From positions 9,184,001-9,248,000 of the forward strand of contig CP068257.2 of the NCBI GenBank assembly GCA_009914755.4: DNA of 64,000 nucleotides, read 5' to 3'. This document shows, in pieces, positions 23,197 through 37,125 of this stretch; within the stretch, counting starts at the first letter, position 1; every line of letters starts with the position of its first letter. The position numbers were made by a program, and so were the translations under genes. Source of the stretch: the human T2T-CHM13v2.0 reference genome, Homo sapiens. The notes below the pieces were generated by a model. It worked only from the letters and a program-made list of their open reading frames with translations, searched no databases and was not told the DNA's origin.

Positions 23197-26100
23197 TGTG
23201 TTCTGTGCATTTTTATCTCATGTAGATCTCTGTAACTACAACCTCGACCGTCAAGATACAGAACTGTAGCCTCACCACCAGGCTCCAACTTGCAATCTTT
23301 GTGGACACTCTGACACATTTTCCTCCACCCGTTCCCCTTGGCAACCCCATAGTCTGTTCTCCATCTTTACAATTTTATTTCTATAATTTATATAAATGTA
23401 ATTGTACAAAATCGTATTTTTGAAGGGAAGAAACAAGTCACAGATATTTTTGTTCTCACTGCAAAATAATCTTTAACACTCATTTATTTTATGTTCTATT
23501 TGTCTCAAAAAATGTGCCTTGTTCTTTCCCATATTTTCTGATATCAGGATAGGAAATCAATAGCAAACAAAACATAATTCCATTCATTTTTTTTCCACAG
23601 CTTGGTTTTCACTGCTGTTTCCTAACGCTTATTGTTCCATTTACTCTTTCTCTCTGTTTTCCATCACATAAAAGTAACTTTGTGTTCTTTATCTCTTCTA
23701 AGAAAACTTGGTAATGAGTCTTTCATGTGAAGCCCGGACCACCCTTGTTTTGATTTTGTGTTATGGGTGTTCTTTTGTGTGATCGCTTTCATGGAGAGTC
23801 CTTGTGAAGCTGGGCTTTTCCAATGGTTTGTCAAAATGGAAATAGATATTTAACAAACCAAACACAAAATGACCTTGCTCCAGGAATGCATCATTTCTGA
23901 GAAAACACTACCTCTTCCAACTAGAGATTGTGAATATTACTCATATTATCCTTTACTCCCTTTTATTAAAACTGTATTTTTTTTACACATTTGTATAACT
24001 CGGGTAATGAAATGTGAAACTAAGTGATTGCCTACCAATTACAATTGATATTAATGATGCTAGTGGGAGGCCACCTCTACAGTGGCTGCGCCATGTCTAG
24101 GGACTTGCTAGCTTTGCTAAGTTACATAGGATTGCCTACGTACTAAATGCAAACTTACTCATGCACATAGGAAACCATTTGTATTAATATGATTAAGAAG
24201 CCCTGCCTAACCCTGATGAAAAATTACTTGAAAATAACAGAAGAGAGTCCTTATTTTAAAGTACATTAACTATTGGGAGTAATTACTATCAGTCCAAACA
24301 TAACTGGATCTAATGAGACTGAACAGAAACAAATTAGACATAATTGGAAGCTAAGCAAAAGTCAATTAAACTCCTATAATTTTACCTTTATAAAAATTAT
24401 TGAATTAAATGACCTGGATCAATTAGCAGAGGAAATAAAGCCATGAAGAATATTTCCGGGAAACTATTACCTTTTTTGAGGGAAAAATATTGTTTCACTT
24501 AATGATTAGAATTTAGTAAAATGTAGCTTAATGAATTTTGCTGCCTTAGCAGTTTAATAACTTCAAATGAAGTAATTATGCAAATTTTTTGATAGTTTGA
24601 CCTACAAAGTAATGCAGGAGTTGTTTTAGGGAATCCAGGAGTAGAATTTATTTGATAGAATAAAATAACATATTTATAAAAATCAGCAAATTCAGATGGT
24701 TTGGAATAAAGATATGATTGCTTTTACTCAATATTCACTTTAGGGCTGGGTTAGCTGTGTGGGAATTGCAGTTGACCTGTTGTAGAAATTGTGTGCTTGG
24801 AAATATATCACCACATTGCTCCATGTAGACTCCCTCTGTGATTCAAGTCTTGTTCCTACAGCACTGCTGTCAACCTTCAACCACCGTCACCCTATAGACC
24901 CCAAGTCAGTTTGTATTCAGTAATGCAAGTGGTGTTCTGTGCAACTGGTCACCCAAGAACTTGGTGCTAAGAAACTGAGAAAGTGATGACCAAGACAATC
25001 TCATCAAAACACAGCCAGGGCCAGTCACAGTATCGTAATTTCTGCTTTCTGGATGTTCAAGGAAATGTAGATCATGACTCCTTCTGTGATGCCTCATTAT
25101 CTTCAAAAGGAGCTATAAGCGTACACTCATTTCCAAATGTGATGGAATAAGATTGCAGTTTCAATTAGGTCCTAAAGTATAATTAATTATATAATAGTTA
25201 TAAAAATATTAATTCTGTAAGGACAGTCACAAAGGAAAGAACAGTAGCAAATAGGTCTCAGGAAATATATCAAATGAGATGTTCAGGTGTGATGCAGCTT
25301 TGTACATACTATGCTAAATACATTATGTCTGTAATTAAACCAGCTGCATACACAATGCAGATGTGGCAAATTCTTTGCTGAAACATGTATGCCAGTTTCC
25401 TCATTTTTTAAAATGACAAGTGCATGCTTAATCAGGTTAGAGTGGATAGATTATGATATTATCAATGCACTGGACAAATCCATTAATGATACAGTGAGAT
25501 TTTGTGCAGAAAAATGGAATAGAGAGGTGTGAATCCAAACTTTGAAGAATAAAGAACATACATTTGTAATTAAGAAATATCTCTCACTTTCATCCCTTAT
25601 GTGCCACACATAGCACAATCCAGCCCCACCCAGCCATGACTCTTACATATATCACTCCTGACAAAGCCGGCCTGGCAATTCAGACCTGGAGCCCAGGGAA
25701 AAGAGAGGAATCCCATGATTTCTGGCAAACACTGCTGCTTCTTTTGTAGTGGTGTGAGATGAATGCCTCTACATGCACACAAGTGCCATGTTGAGGGGGA
25801 TGAATCTTTCAAGATTTGTTTAAAGTCAAATAATGTGAAGGTCCATGACTGACCTCCAGGCCTCTCAGAGCTTCAGTTAACTCCTTTGTGTTAGGGGATG
25901 TTAGAAGAACGTTTACAAGTCAGAGCAGGTGATGCTCAGGAGCAAGAGTGAATGAGGAGGAGGAACCCAAACAGGTCCAGCACAGAACATCAGCATCTGA
26001 GCATCAAGTCTACCCCTGAGAAAAAGTGGTCCAAAGGTTTGTGTGGACCCCATTCTCCAGGCCTTACAAACCCTGTGATTTCTGCCTCATTCTGTCCCGT

Positions 26101-26825
26101 CCTGTCACTTTGAGTCTGAATTGGAAGAGAGAAAAACAGTAACTAGATCAGTAAAGTAAGGAGGAGTGAAGAGCAGGAAGGTGGAGGTCGTGATGGTGGA
26201 AGATGGAAACCTCCTCGCGTGAAATAGAACAGTTTGGATGTCAGCTGTCACTGCTCTAGATCTCCTAAAACCCACTCCATTTTTATTAAAAATATACATT
26301 GCATTTTTCCAGTGTACACGATATCATGTTAAGAGTTCATAAAGTTTTGAGGATGTGAGTAATCAGAAAGGAGGTTTAAAGAACCGATTATTTTGGTGGT
26401 CTGGCTCCTTTACCCCAGTAGGAAAAGATGCCATTTTGCTTATGCCCTGTGCTGAATTTCAGAATGCCTGTCAACCCAACACGCTTCAGCATGAACTTTA
26501 ACTCAAAAAATCAAAAAGTACCAGGATCAATTTACAATCCTAGCTATATGGTATTTTAGAAATTACAAAGCCTGTAAATGAGCTATTTTGTCAACTTCAT
26601 AGATGAGAAATCTAAGAGTGGGTTAGTCAGTTCTCTTAGATTTCTCATATCCATAAAGTGGATAGAACATCTAATTTAGAGGCTTGTTGAAGGATAGACA
26701 GAAATGGCATTTACAAAGTATCTAGTGAAACTACTGGTAGGGATTATATGCTCAGTAAATGATGAGCACTATAATCACAAATAATTTGATCTTTGAAAGT
26801 GTAAAATGTATTTGTCTGTCTGCTT

Positions 26826-27089
26826 GGTTTTTCTCGGAGGCATAGTTTCCCTCTGTCACTCAGGCTGGAGTGCAGTGCTGTGCTCACTGCAGCCTCTGCC
26901 TCTCAGGTTCAAGTGATTCTCCTGCCTCAGCTGGGATTACAGGAGCCCGCCACCATGGCCCAACTAATTTTTGAGTTTTTACTAGAGATGGGGTTTCATC
27001 ATGTTACCCAGGATGGCCTTGAACCTTGGCCTCAAGTGATCCATCCACCTTGGCCTCCGAAAGTGCTGGGATTACAGGCATGAGCCACT
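26826..27089 (-). mobile_element. Alu SINE in antisense orientation.
   Basis: ggaggcatagtttccctctgtcactcaggctggagtgcagtgctgtgctcactgcagcctctgcctctcaggttcaagtgattctcctgcctcagc...gtgctgggattacaggcatgagccactgtgcccggcc. Confidence 0.95.
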
Positions 27090-27099
27090 GTGCCCGGCC

Positions 27100-27720
27100 A
27101 CATTTATTTTAATTCAGAGAACAATTTTTCAGTAAGGTTGTACAAATGATTGTCCTACATTCCTGCATGTTTGAAACTCTTTTTCTCTTTTTGTCTCCAT
27201 ATGTGAATGACAGTTTGGCTAGGTATAGAATGCTTGGTTTACACTTTTTATTGTTCATAAATCTATAGTCTTATCTTTGTTCCCATCCTCTATACCAGCT
27301 TGAGTAGGATTAGAGTGTGGGATTCACCTATAAAACTCTATACCCATTGAACAAGTCCTCTTTTCCCCCTCCGCTAGTCCCTGGCATCTGCCATTTTACG
27401 TCTCTGTTTCTAAGAGTTTGACTACTTTAAAAACCTCATATAAGAAGGATCATGCAGCACTGTGTTTGTATTTTTGTGACTGGTTTATTTCACTTAGTAT
27501 AGTATCCCCAAGGTTTATCTATGTTATGACATATGAAAGGATTTCCTTTTTTTTTAAGGCTGAATAATAATTTATTGTGTATATACCACTTTTTAAAATC
27601 CATTCATCTCTTGACAGATATTTAGGTTGCTTTTACCTCTTGGCTATTATGAATAATGCTGCAATGAACATGAGATGAACAAGCTCCTTTTTTATCTCTT
27701 TACTTTTGTTAGAAGCTTTT
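27100..27720 (-). mobile_element. Fragment of an old LINE-1 3'UTR (L1M/L1PB-like), antisense.
   Basis: ccccctccgctagtccctggcatctgccattttacgtctc...tggtttatttcacttagtatagtatcc...ggatttcctttttttttaaggctgaataataatttattgtgtatataccac...ttaggttgcttttacctcttggctattatgaataatgctgcaatgaacatg matches the reverse complement of the L1 3'UTR consensus. Confidence 0.7.
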
Positions 27721-28783
27721 AATTCCTGATTAATGAGTTCTGAACGTATGCAGAGGTCTCTACCTGGCAGTGACCTAAAGCCTTGTCTTCTGCCACCCCA
27801 CTCAGCCTTCAGATTCATGTCTCTAGATTCTTGAGGTTGGGAAATGTTTCCCTAGCAGCCATGGTTTTGCATTCATTGGCCATTCAGGTTTTCTGCTTTG
27901 CCATCTTCCCCCGGGGGTTTCCTTATCCTCCTGGAAGCACAACTAGGCATTTAAGTCCATGTTGACTGTATTTTACCTGCTATTTCTATGTGTTTTGCAA
28001 TAAGGGCTTTTCAAGATACCCATAACTTGTGGCTAAAAATGAGGTTTGTTCCAATGTGCCTTAGAAATATCCAGTTTCATACTTACCTGGCAGGGCAGAT
28101 ACCATGATCTTAAAGGCAGTTTTCCCAGGGCAAGGCTTATCCATTCCACTCTGGATCCATCATAGGGATATGCTGATCCCTGGAATTGCCCCAAATGTGG
28201 GAAGCTCTACTGCAAAATTTTTGGTAGTGAGCGATGGCATTATGCATTCATGTATGAATTCAACTGAGTATCCAGTTTCATACAAATAATAATAACATCT
28301 TCTATAAAATGTATTCTTGTGTATTAACACATGGGGCTCTCTAGTATTCCTGCTGAGATATATGGGAATCTACCCTAGTTTTGCCATTTTCTCCTAACAT
28401 CAGTCTACTTCTTTTAATATTCATTGCTTCTCCCCATTTCTGTAGTTCAGTGCATGTTCCTTTCCTCTGCAGGAACTATTTCTCTTTCCTCACCCAACTC
28501 ATAAATCCCTGCCTCCCACCCTAAGGGTAGGCACATGACCCAACCTGGGAGATCAGAATGTCACACCCCCAATACAGGATTGGTTTGTGAGTAGGCAGAT
28601 GATTCTGTCCATGCACAGAACTAAGTAGAAGAGAGTTTTTATACCTCAGCTTAGCTTGATGCTAGCAGAGAGCTACTGGAGTTCTATTTCCTCCTCTAGG
28701 GAAGAAAAGGATTTTGGTTTGGAGATAAAGCCAAGATACCAAGAAAGTGGGAATGAAAGACTTAGAGACAGGGAGTCCTGGCC

Positions 28784-28915
28784 CCTTTTCAGATGCTCAG
28801 ATGCTGGCACTAGCTTGAGGCCCAGTTCTGCTTCTGCTCTTCCCAACAGCCCCTTTTCAGATGTTGGCACTAGCTGGAGGCCCAGCTCTGCTTCTGCTCT
28901 TCTCAACATTTGTTA
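28784..28915. repeat. Tandem duplication, about 66 bp x2.
   Basis: ccccttttcagatgctcagatgctggcactagcttgaggcccagttctgcttctgctcttcccaacag is followed by ccccttttcagatgttggcactagctggaggcccagctctgcttctgctcttctcaacat. Confidence 0.85.
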
Positions 28916-29294
28916 AGGGGAGCTCCCAATTTCTTTTCGAAGATAGCTGGTTTGACTTGGATATCCATCTCTTCTAATCAAGGGTCCTGATTCCTTGTCA
29001 TTGTCATCAAAAAAAATTTGTAAATATTTCACTTCTTGCTGACATGCTTTTGGTGTTGAACAAAGTGATTTGCACAGATACAATCTCTGCATCTTAATAG
29101 CTTACATTCTAAGAGCTGTACACCTGGCACTCTTTCTCTGGAACTATAACTGCTACATTCAAGAATCTTTATTAATAATACTTTTCAGATATATAGTTAA
29201 AAAATAATTTTAATAGTTGAAAGGCATCCATCTTTCCAAGAGGTTTAGACATACTGCAATTGAGTGCTAAGTGACTTTTAGTTTGTATTTTTGT

Positions 29295-29700
29295 ATTTTT
29301 TAATATTTGTATTTCCATAGGTTATTGGGGAACAAGTGGTACTCAAGATGGATGAAGGATTTAAATCCAAGACAAGAAACTATAAAAATTCTAAAAGACA
29401 ACATTGGGAAAACTCTTCTAGACATTGGCTTAGGCAAGGATTTCATGAACAAGAACCCATAAGCAAATGCAATAAGAACAAAAATAAATAGCTGGGACCT
29501 AATCAAACTAAAGAGCTTTTGCACAGCAAAAGAAACAGTCAGCAGAGTAAACAGACAACACACAGAGTGGGAGAAAATATTCACAATCTATACATCTGAC
29601 ACAGGACTGATATCCAGAATCTACAATGGACTCAAACAAATTAGCAAGAAACAAACAAATAATCCCATCCAAAAGTGGGCTAAGGACATGAATAGACTTT
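29295..29700 (+). mobile_element. Fragment of LINE-1 ORF2 in sense orientation. It is not a gene.
   Basis: ggacctaatcaaactaaagagcttttgcacagcaaaagaaacagtcagcagagtaaacagacaacacacagagtgggagaaaatattcacaatctatacatctgacacaggactgatatccagaatctacaatggactcaaacaaattagcaagaaacaaacaaataatcccatccaaaagtgggctaaggacatgaatagac matches the L1 ORF2 region (...[70 protein letters not shown]). Confidence 0.85.
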
Positions 29701-31906
29701 TAGATATTTGTGTGTGCAGACCTCTTGGTGTCAAGGCTAAACTGTTCCTTTCTCTGACACATAGGAAATTGATGCACAATACCTTGCAGTGTATAATTCC
29801 AGGCCCCTAGGCATTGGAGACTGGGTTATCTTTTCACTCAACTGACAGTTGATACATTGTTTGCACTGAAAAATCTGGCTTTGTTGAACCACACCAGTTT
29901 ATGTTTTTAATTCCAAATGTTACCTTGTTATGAACTATTTTTTTGTCCTTTCCTCTAGAGAAATGCTAATGCTGCTTGCTTACATGGAAAGTAAAGTTAA
30001 GGAGTTGGTGTTGACATTTTGGCTTGCTGTCACAGGCAAAAAAGAGTAGTGCTGTTTTTGTGTGTTTAATTTTCTTTCACTTTCCCCACTCTGTGTATTG
30101 GAGGATGCCTTTAGCAATAAGTAGTCCTTATCCAGGTCACTCACTCATTAACCACCAACCACTGACAGTAATGTCTTTACTAGATATTTTGCTTCTTTTG
30201 ATTAATTTGTCTCTATTTCCTTTGTTCTAAAGCCTATAGTGAGTAATCATATTTGGAATAATAGTAGAGCTCCCTGCTGTGTTTTCATTTGCTTAAATCA
30301 AGACTTAGCTGATGTATTGAGGAACCAAGACTGAGATGTGGGGCTAGGAGGGCCTAGGGTCTGTCAGGCACTCTTCAGTGACTTGAGGTGCTGAATGACT
30401 CACACTGTACTGGGAGATGACCACCTGTGTGCATCCAACACTGTCACAGATGTGCCATTGAGCCACCAGGAGCAGCCACAGACCATCAGTGGTTGTGCTT
30501 TGGAATACGCAATTTTGTGTTTCTGGTGAGCTGTAATCTTTTCTTTTCCCGTATAATTATTTTTCATTGAATTATGCTATTAAAACTCATCTTTGGGTTT
30601 CTTGTAACGTCATTGCCGAGAACATTATTTTTGCATTTCACAGTGATTTCTTGAGGAGGAAGTAAGAAGTAATTGTTTTCTGGACTCACTGTCTGAAAAA
30701 CTTGCACTTTACTGAAGTGATTGTTTTATTTACACTAAGTAACAATATGAGTTTTGTTAGCTTTTTGGATGGACTACAAAGCATAAAACCAACTTTGTTC
30801 CTCATCTCTGGCAAAGATGGAGGGTTGTTGGCTTGCATTGTGTGATGAGTCTTATACCTGGCTCTGTCTGCTCTTGCCTTTTGCCTTACATTTCAAAGAC
30901 CTCACTTTTTTTTTTCTTTTTTTAAAAAATATTTTATCACGTGATTTTATATACATTTTAATAAAATTTCTTTTTTGTAAAAAAAGCAAAGCATAAATAA
31001 AATAGCGTAGCCATTTCTTCTAAGGTTATGTTGAATCTAACCCAAACTCTTATCAGAGAAAACTCTTCTTTAGATGTAGCCTAAAGCAGGAAGCAACAAA
31101 CCTGTATACAGCCAAAGTATCATCTCAAGGGCCTGCATTCAAATCTCACACATGTGGCTTGAAAGTGATCTCTTTCGCCCTTATTTCAAGGCCTAATCTT
31201 AGGTTACATACTGCTTAAAGAAGCTTCAGTATGCAATTTCAAAGCCTGTAGTAGATGTAAAATGAGAAAATTAGAAATAAGGAGAAAAGCTGCTACATGA
31301 GGACACTGACAGCAAGGAAAGGGAGAGAAAAACTCACAAAGTAAGTGGAAAAATAGACCAATGCAAATAACCCCACATAGTTTAACAGACCTCATCATAT
31401 CTATTGTGTACATGTTTGTATGACATAGATTATATCTATTATATGTAACCCAGTGTTCATAGTGTTGACTTAGAAATTATCAACCAAATTCAAAGCTTTT
31501 AGGCTTTGAAAATTGTTTGAAAAGATTTTCACCCAAAATATTTAAATTATTTAAAAAAATTATTGTTGATTAAAGTTGTAATCCTCAATTAATTAGAAGT
31601 TTTGGCTATCCAGAGACCTTATATTCCAAAGACTTTAGAGAGCTGTTTGTTAGATGACATAAATTATTACCATTATCCTACATTTAAACTTCTAATTTAC
31701 GTAAATAGTGAGCAAAATTGAGAGCCATACAAATATTCAATCTCTGAAGCTCTTATGGCAGCATTGATCAAATAGGTTAGAGAGCACATGGATACAGCTT
31801 TATTGCCTTCTAGTTTTACTGCAAACGTGCTATTTAATAGTATGCAAATGATTGGCTAGAGGTACAGACCGCCAGGGCCTTCATAGCAAACAGGTTTTGT
31901 GTTTAC

Positions 31907-32025
31907 CCTAGCATACAAAAATGCTTCATCTACGATGTATGCTGTAACTGTGTGTATTGTCTACCCTAGCATGCAAAAATGCTTCATCTAAAATGTATGC
32001 TATAACTATGTGTATTATATTATCT
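31907..32025. repeat. Tandem duplication, about 59 bp x2.
   Basis: ccctagcatacaaaaatgcttcatctacgatgtatgctgtaactgtgtgtattgtcta is followed by ccctagcatgcaaaaatgcttcatctaaaatgtatgctataactatgtgtattatatta. Confidence 0.85.
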
Positions 32026-35000
32026 ATAATTATATTTCTCCTTGGTTTAATATTAGATATTTTCAGGTACAAGAAATGTATGCACATTATAGATTCAATG
32101 CATGCAGGTTATATGTGTAAATATTTATTGATAAGAGGCATTAAACCCCTGCCTTCTGTGCTGGATAAACTCCTGAACTTAGCCTCCAAAACACCACAGT
32201 AGCCTCCCTGGTAAGCACAGGGCTCTTTCTCTACCCTTTTGTGTCTCCCACGCTCCCACTTGTCTACAAGAGCTGAGTGTAGATCAAGAGCAATAAAGTT
32301 CATTTCCCCAAAATAAGGCGTAGCGTTCAGGTTTTGTGATACCTGATTGGTTTACATTGTTTACAGGTGGGGCCTCGAAGGGGTAAAAATCAGAAGTTTC
32401 TTATTCTGAGCGCAAGGGCAAGATCATTGAGCAGACATTGACCTCCCTTCAGACATTTCTTGGGAGAAACAGAATGAGAATTTCAGGGGCCAGTGCCGGC
32501 ACCCTACTAGCTGTGGCAGCCTGGTGCTCATCTACTTCTCCAGCTTGGGAAGGCCTAGGTTAACCCCAGTCTTTGGAGGCATTGTTATTCCTCTTCTCTC
32601 CCTGCTTCCCCGTGTTTGTGTTCTGGGCCCGGTGTAACACTGAGGTTCAGAATTGCTTTCAAGAGAGGAGCCCATTTCTGTGTCTATGCAAGGCTGGACA
32701 ATTTCTCCAAGTGGTTCAGCCTGTGGGGGTTAAGGGGGCAAAAGCATCTCAGCTAGTAATAAACACTGCTTTGCCTCTTGCTTTTTTATTTTTATTTTTG
32801 CAAAACTTCTCTGTAGGTGTGTATTTCTCTAGAGGATTTCAAAAATTCTCTGTAGGTGCGTATTTGTGTAGAGGAAGGAGTGGTGACTGGGCCAGGGTGA
32901 ATGGATTATTTGATCTATATTATCTTGAATTTTATATCTTTTATTTTAAAATTTGGGTATTTTTTGAAGTAGGAAATCAATGCACATGGCTAAATATCTA
33001 AAAAATGTAAAAGTATACATTGAAAAGTCTTCCTCCTAATCTCGTAATTGTCTCCATTTCAGTCCCCATGGCCACATCATGAGGCTACTGATGTCATTAG
33101 TTTCTTTTGCGTTCTTCTAGGGTTTCTGTTGGCATATGCAAGCAAAAATAAATGTATACCTTTATGTTTTCTCTTTTTACAGCAAGGACAGTTTATTAAA
33201 CACACTGTTTTAAACCTTATTTTTTCTCTAAATAATATTTCATATAAGTCAATATGTAGACTTTATGTATTTTTAAAATGAAGACATAGCATTCCATTGA
33301 ACTTAGACAAAAATTTACTTAACTAGTCCAAGATTGAAGAATAAAATTATTTTGAATCTTTTGTTAATAGTTAATAGCTTTGATGAGTACACTTATGCAT
33401 ACATTATTTTACACATGTTCAAGTATGTTGTATAAACCCCAAAGTGGGAATGCTCTGTCAAATATTACAGGTATTTGCAACTTTGATAGATACTAATTGC
33501 CCTCGGTAGAGGTAGTAAAAGCTTACACTCCACAGCCTTACTGATGATATATATTATAAAAATTTTAGTTCTTGCCAATCTAAAGGTGAAAAATGTTATT
33601 TCATGGTAATTTAAATGCTTTTCTCGTTTTATAACTGAGGTTGACATCTATCAAAAAATTATTTGAATTTTTCTGAGAACTATTTATCTTTGAATCCTTT
33701 TCTGTTGTTTATCTTTTCCTTCTTCATTTCTAAAACTTCCTATACAGAGAGATTCACTCGTTATCTGTGATATGATTACAAATGTCTGCCCTCCAATTTG
33801 TTATATGTCTTTAGATCCAAATACCTTATTTTTTGCCATGTAGAAATTTTTAATTTGTATGTGATAAAATGTTAATACTTTATGGATTCTGGATTTTCAG
33901 AAATAAAAAGGTCATCCTCACTTCCAGGTTTTAAAGAAATTCTTTAATGTTATTTTATGTTTTTGTATAGTTTTATTTTTATTCACATTAAAGTTTTTGT
34001 CGTATTTGGAATTTATTTTGGTATGTGATGTGGGAAATGAATCTAACTTTATTTTTTCATATATCTTCCTAGTTGTACAAACATCAACATTGTTGAAACA
34101 TCTCATCTGTCCCCTTGATGTGAGATGGCATCCTAATTTCCTTTACTTAGAGGGGTGGTGTCTGGGGATGAGATCACCTGGGGTGTAATCATACGTCTTT
34201 GACTGGGAGTGGGGCTGAAAAGGAGTTCCCATGTTCCTGGTCATGTGATATGTGGTCATGTGATGTGGAGAAGATCTCCTGTGACATGGAGCTGGAGGAG
34301 GGAATAGGAACTAGCTCTGGCTCAGAGGACACAGACTTCCACTGTTTTATCAACATTTAGGAGATTTTCTTGAATAAATGCTTATTAATTTGCATCTGCC
34401 CTTAGGTCAATTTCCAGAGACTTTAAATGTGTTTTATAATTTTTACCAGTTAAACGGTTGTTTCACTGTGGGGAAAAGAGTATCCCAAGCTCCTCTCCTC
34501 TGGAAATCTGATCAAATTCTTTTTTAAGTCCTTCAGTAATGGTTAATTGTATATGTGTATATCATATTTACATTTATATTTATTGATATAACAGTTATGC
34601 TTGGTGTTTCATGCATATATGATAGCATCTTATGTGTTCATAAATTTTAAAAGTTGTTTTCTATGTGATCTGATTTATTTGCTTGAGAAAAACTGTTTTC
34701 TGGTAGCTTCATTTGGGGACTTGCTCAGTGGTAATTTTTTAAATGACAGCTTTATGCAGTATTTTTATGATCTCTTCTTTTACCCAGGAGTGATTACTTC
34801 TCTATTTTCCGCTGTGTTAAAACTAGGTGGTTTCTCTTTCTACTCCCTTCCAGGCCTCTCACTATTAGAATTCTGTCAATGAGAGTATCCGTGGCATGTT
34901 ATTTAGTGTTTGTTATTTTGCTATTACATACACTTCTATTTCTAACATTTGATTTACTGCTTTGAATGATCCACTTTGAGTCCTGGCTGTTATAGCTGAG

Positions 35001-36299
35001 TTGACCAAGTCCTCCTCCTCAGACCCCCACCTGTGTGTGTGCACATCGTGTCTCTCAGCTCTGGAGCTGCAGATGATGTCAGGGTCTCAGCAAACGAGAC
35101 CCCTCAAAGTTGAAAACTGTACAAACATCATATGCAGCAGCCTTGATCTACCCTATGTCTTCCATTCTTTCCTCCTTCTTCTTCTACTTTTTGTTAGTTT
35201 CGATATTGGTTTATTTCCAGGGCATGTGGCATTTATATTCATTTTATTACCCTGGTTCTCATGTTTATTTTAGTTTTAGTCAATGCAATTCACAATTATA
35301 ATATTTCACCATAGTTTTTCTTTAGTTATTTCTTTGTTGGCTAAAGTTTGTTCTCTGGGACTTTTCCCAAGTAGGAAAATATTCCCTGAATTTGTGTGTA
35401 TTTAAAACTGCCTGAAGTATACTTTGAAATGTAGCCTGACTAGGTATAAAACCTTTGGTTTTCATTCCACTTTTTGAATATCTTGTAGGTAATGGGCCAC
35501 TGTATCTTGGCATTAAATTTTGCTAGGAAAAAATATGAGACTAGCCTGTTACATTCTCTTTTTTAAGAGTGGCTTGATTAAAGGATCTTTTCCTTAATGT
35601 TTCTTTAAAATTTTCTAGGGTGTTCTTAGTGTTTCCTTTTCTGTGGAACCTAATTTTATTCTGGAAAAGTTTTGTTGAATCAGTTCTTAAAGGGATTCAT
35701 GCTCTTTCAATGCTGTCTTTTTTTTTCTTTCCATACCTTCCTTTTTTGATATATTTTAGATTGTCTCTGCTTATCTTCTATAGCCACTGTTTTCCTTCTA
35801 ATAATTTTTAGATTTTCCCTTTAATTTTACTGTATTTACTTTTACATTTTTATTTATATTTTCTATGTTCCTTACTGAGTTTTCTAAAGTCTGTTTTAAT
35901 TTCTCTACTTCTAGGTTTACCTTCATTTCTATGAAGATTTTGGTTTTTCTTCATGTTTGCTGGTTTTTGTCAGCACATTTTTTTATTCTAACATTTCACC
36001 ACTTCTTTCTCTGAGTTCTTATATTTCTGCTTCATGGTCTTCCACTTTTGATCTGACAGCTCCATTAAGTTTTCATTTCATGGCAAAATATTTGGTTAAC
36101 ATTTTCATCTTGCTTTTGGGATTGATTTTTGTTGTGTGATCTTTCTCCATTGATAAGTTTGCATTTTTCCCCATAGTTTTTTCTTATAGTGTCTTTACAT
36201 AAATCAATAATTATTAATTACTGAATTAATTGAAATATTTTGAACCAATAATTTGTGAAAAGTTTCTATGAAGAAGAAAGGAGGAGGCAAAGTTGTCTT

Positions 36300-37125
36300 G
36301 CAAACTTAGCAACCCAACAATCTTCTCCTTCACCACCATAGAATTAGATGGCTTCTGCAGATACAGCTAAGTCTTCTCCTTCACCACTGCAGAATTAGGA
36401 GGCTTCTGCAGATATGGCTAAATCTTCTCCTTCACCACCGTAGAATTAGGAGGCTTCTGCAGATACGGCTAAGTCTTCTCCTTCACCACCGTAGAAGTGG
36501 ATGGATTCTGCAAATATGGCTAAATCTTCTCCTTCACCACCATAGAATTAGATGGCTTCTGCAGATACGGCTAAGTCTTCTCTTTCACCACCATAGAATT
36601 AGGTGGCTTCTGCAGATACGGCTAAGTCTTCTCCTTCACCACCATAGAATTGGATGGATTGTGCAAATATGGCTAAGTCTTCTCCTTCATCACCATAGAA
36701 TTAGGTGGCTTCTGCAGATACGGCTAAGTCTTCTCCTTCACCTTCATAGGATTAGGTGGCTTCTGCAGATATGGCTAAGTCTTCTCCTTCACCACCATAG
36801 GATTAGATGGATTCTGCAGATACGGCTAAGTCTTCTCCTTCACCACCATAGAATTAGGTGGCTTCTGCAGATATGGCTAAGAGCTTAACAACCCAACAGT
36901 CTTCTCTTTCACCACCATAGGATTAAATGGCTTCTGCAGATATGGCTAAATCTTCTCCTTCACCACCATAGAATTAGGTGGCTTCTGCAGATATGGCTAA
37001 GTCTTCTCCTTCACCATCATAGGATTCAGTGGCTTCTGCAGATACGGCTAAGAGCTTAACAACCCAACAGTCTTCTCCTTCACTGCCATAGAATTCAGTG
37101 GCTTCTGCAGATACACCTAAGTCAT
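36300..37125. repeat. Minisatellite/VNTR with a 51-bp unit, about 16 copies: gtcttctccttcaccaccatagaattaggtggcttctgcagatacggctaa. A 24-27 bp insert variant (aagagcttaacaacccaacag) occurs in some copies.
   Basis: tcttctcc recurs every 51 bp (36372, 36423, ...). The period is divisible by 3, so ORFs stay open. The + ORF 36661-36888 encodes LSLLLHHHRIRWLLQIW repeats, and the - ORF 36974-37234 encodes SAEATEFYGSEGEDLAV repeats. Confidence 0.95.

Noticed and set aside
36300-37125. The regular tandem arrays at 36.3 kb, 57.4 kb, 15.1 kb and 2.0 kb could be mistaken for CRISPR arrays.
   Set aside because: The units are contiguous, with no unique spacers between them. Unit lengths are 35-61 bp with no repeat-plus-spacer alternation. 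There are no cas genes, and the surrounding sequence is primate (Alu, L1, ERV9). They are minisatellites.
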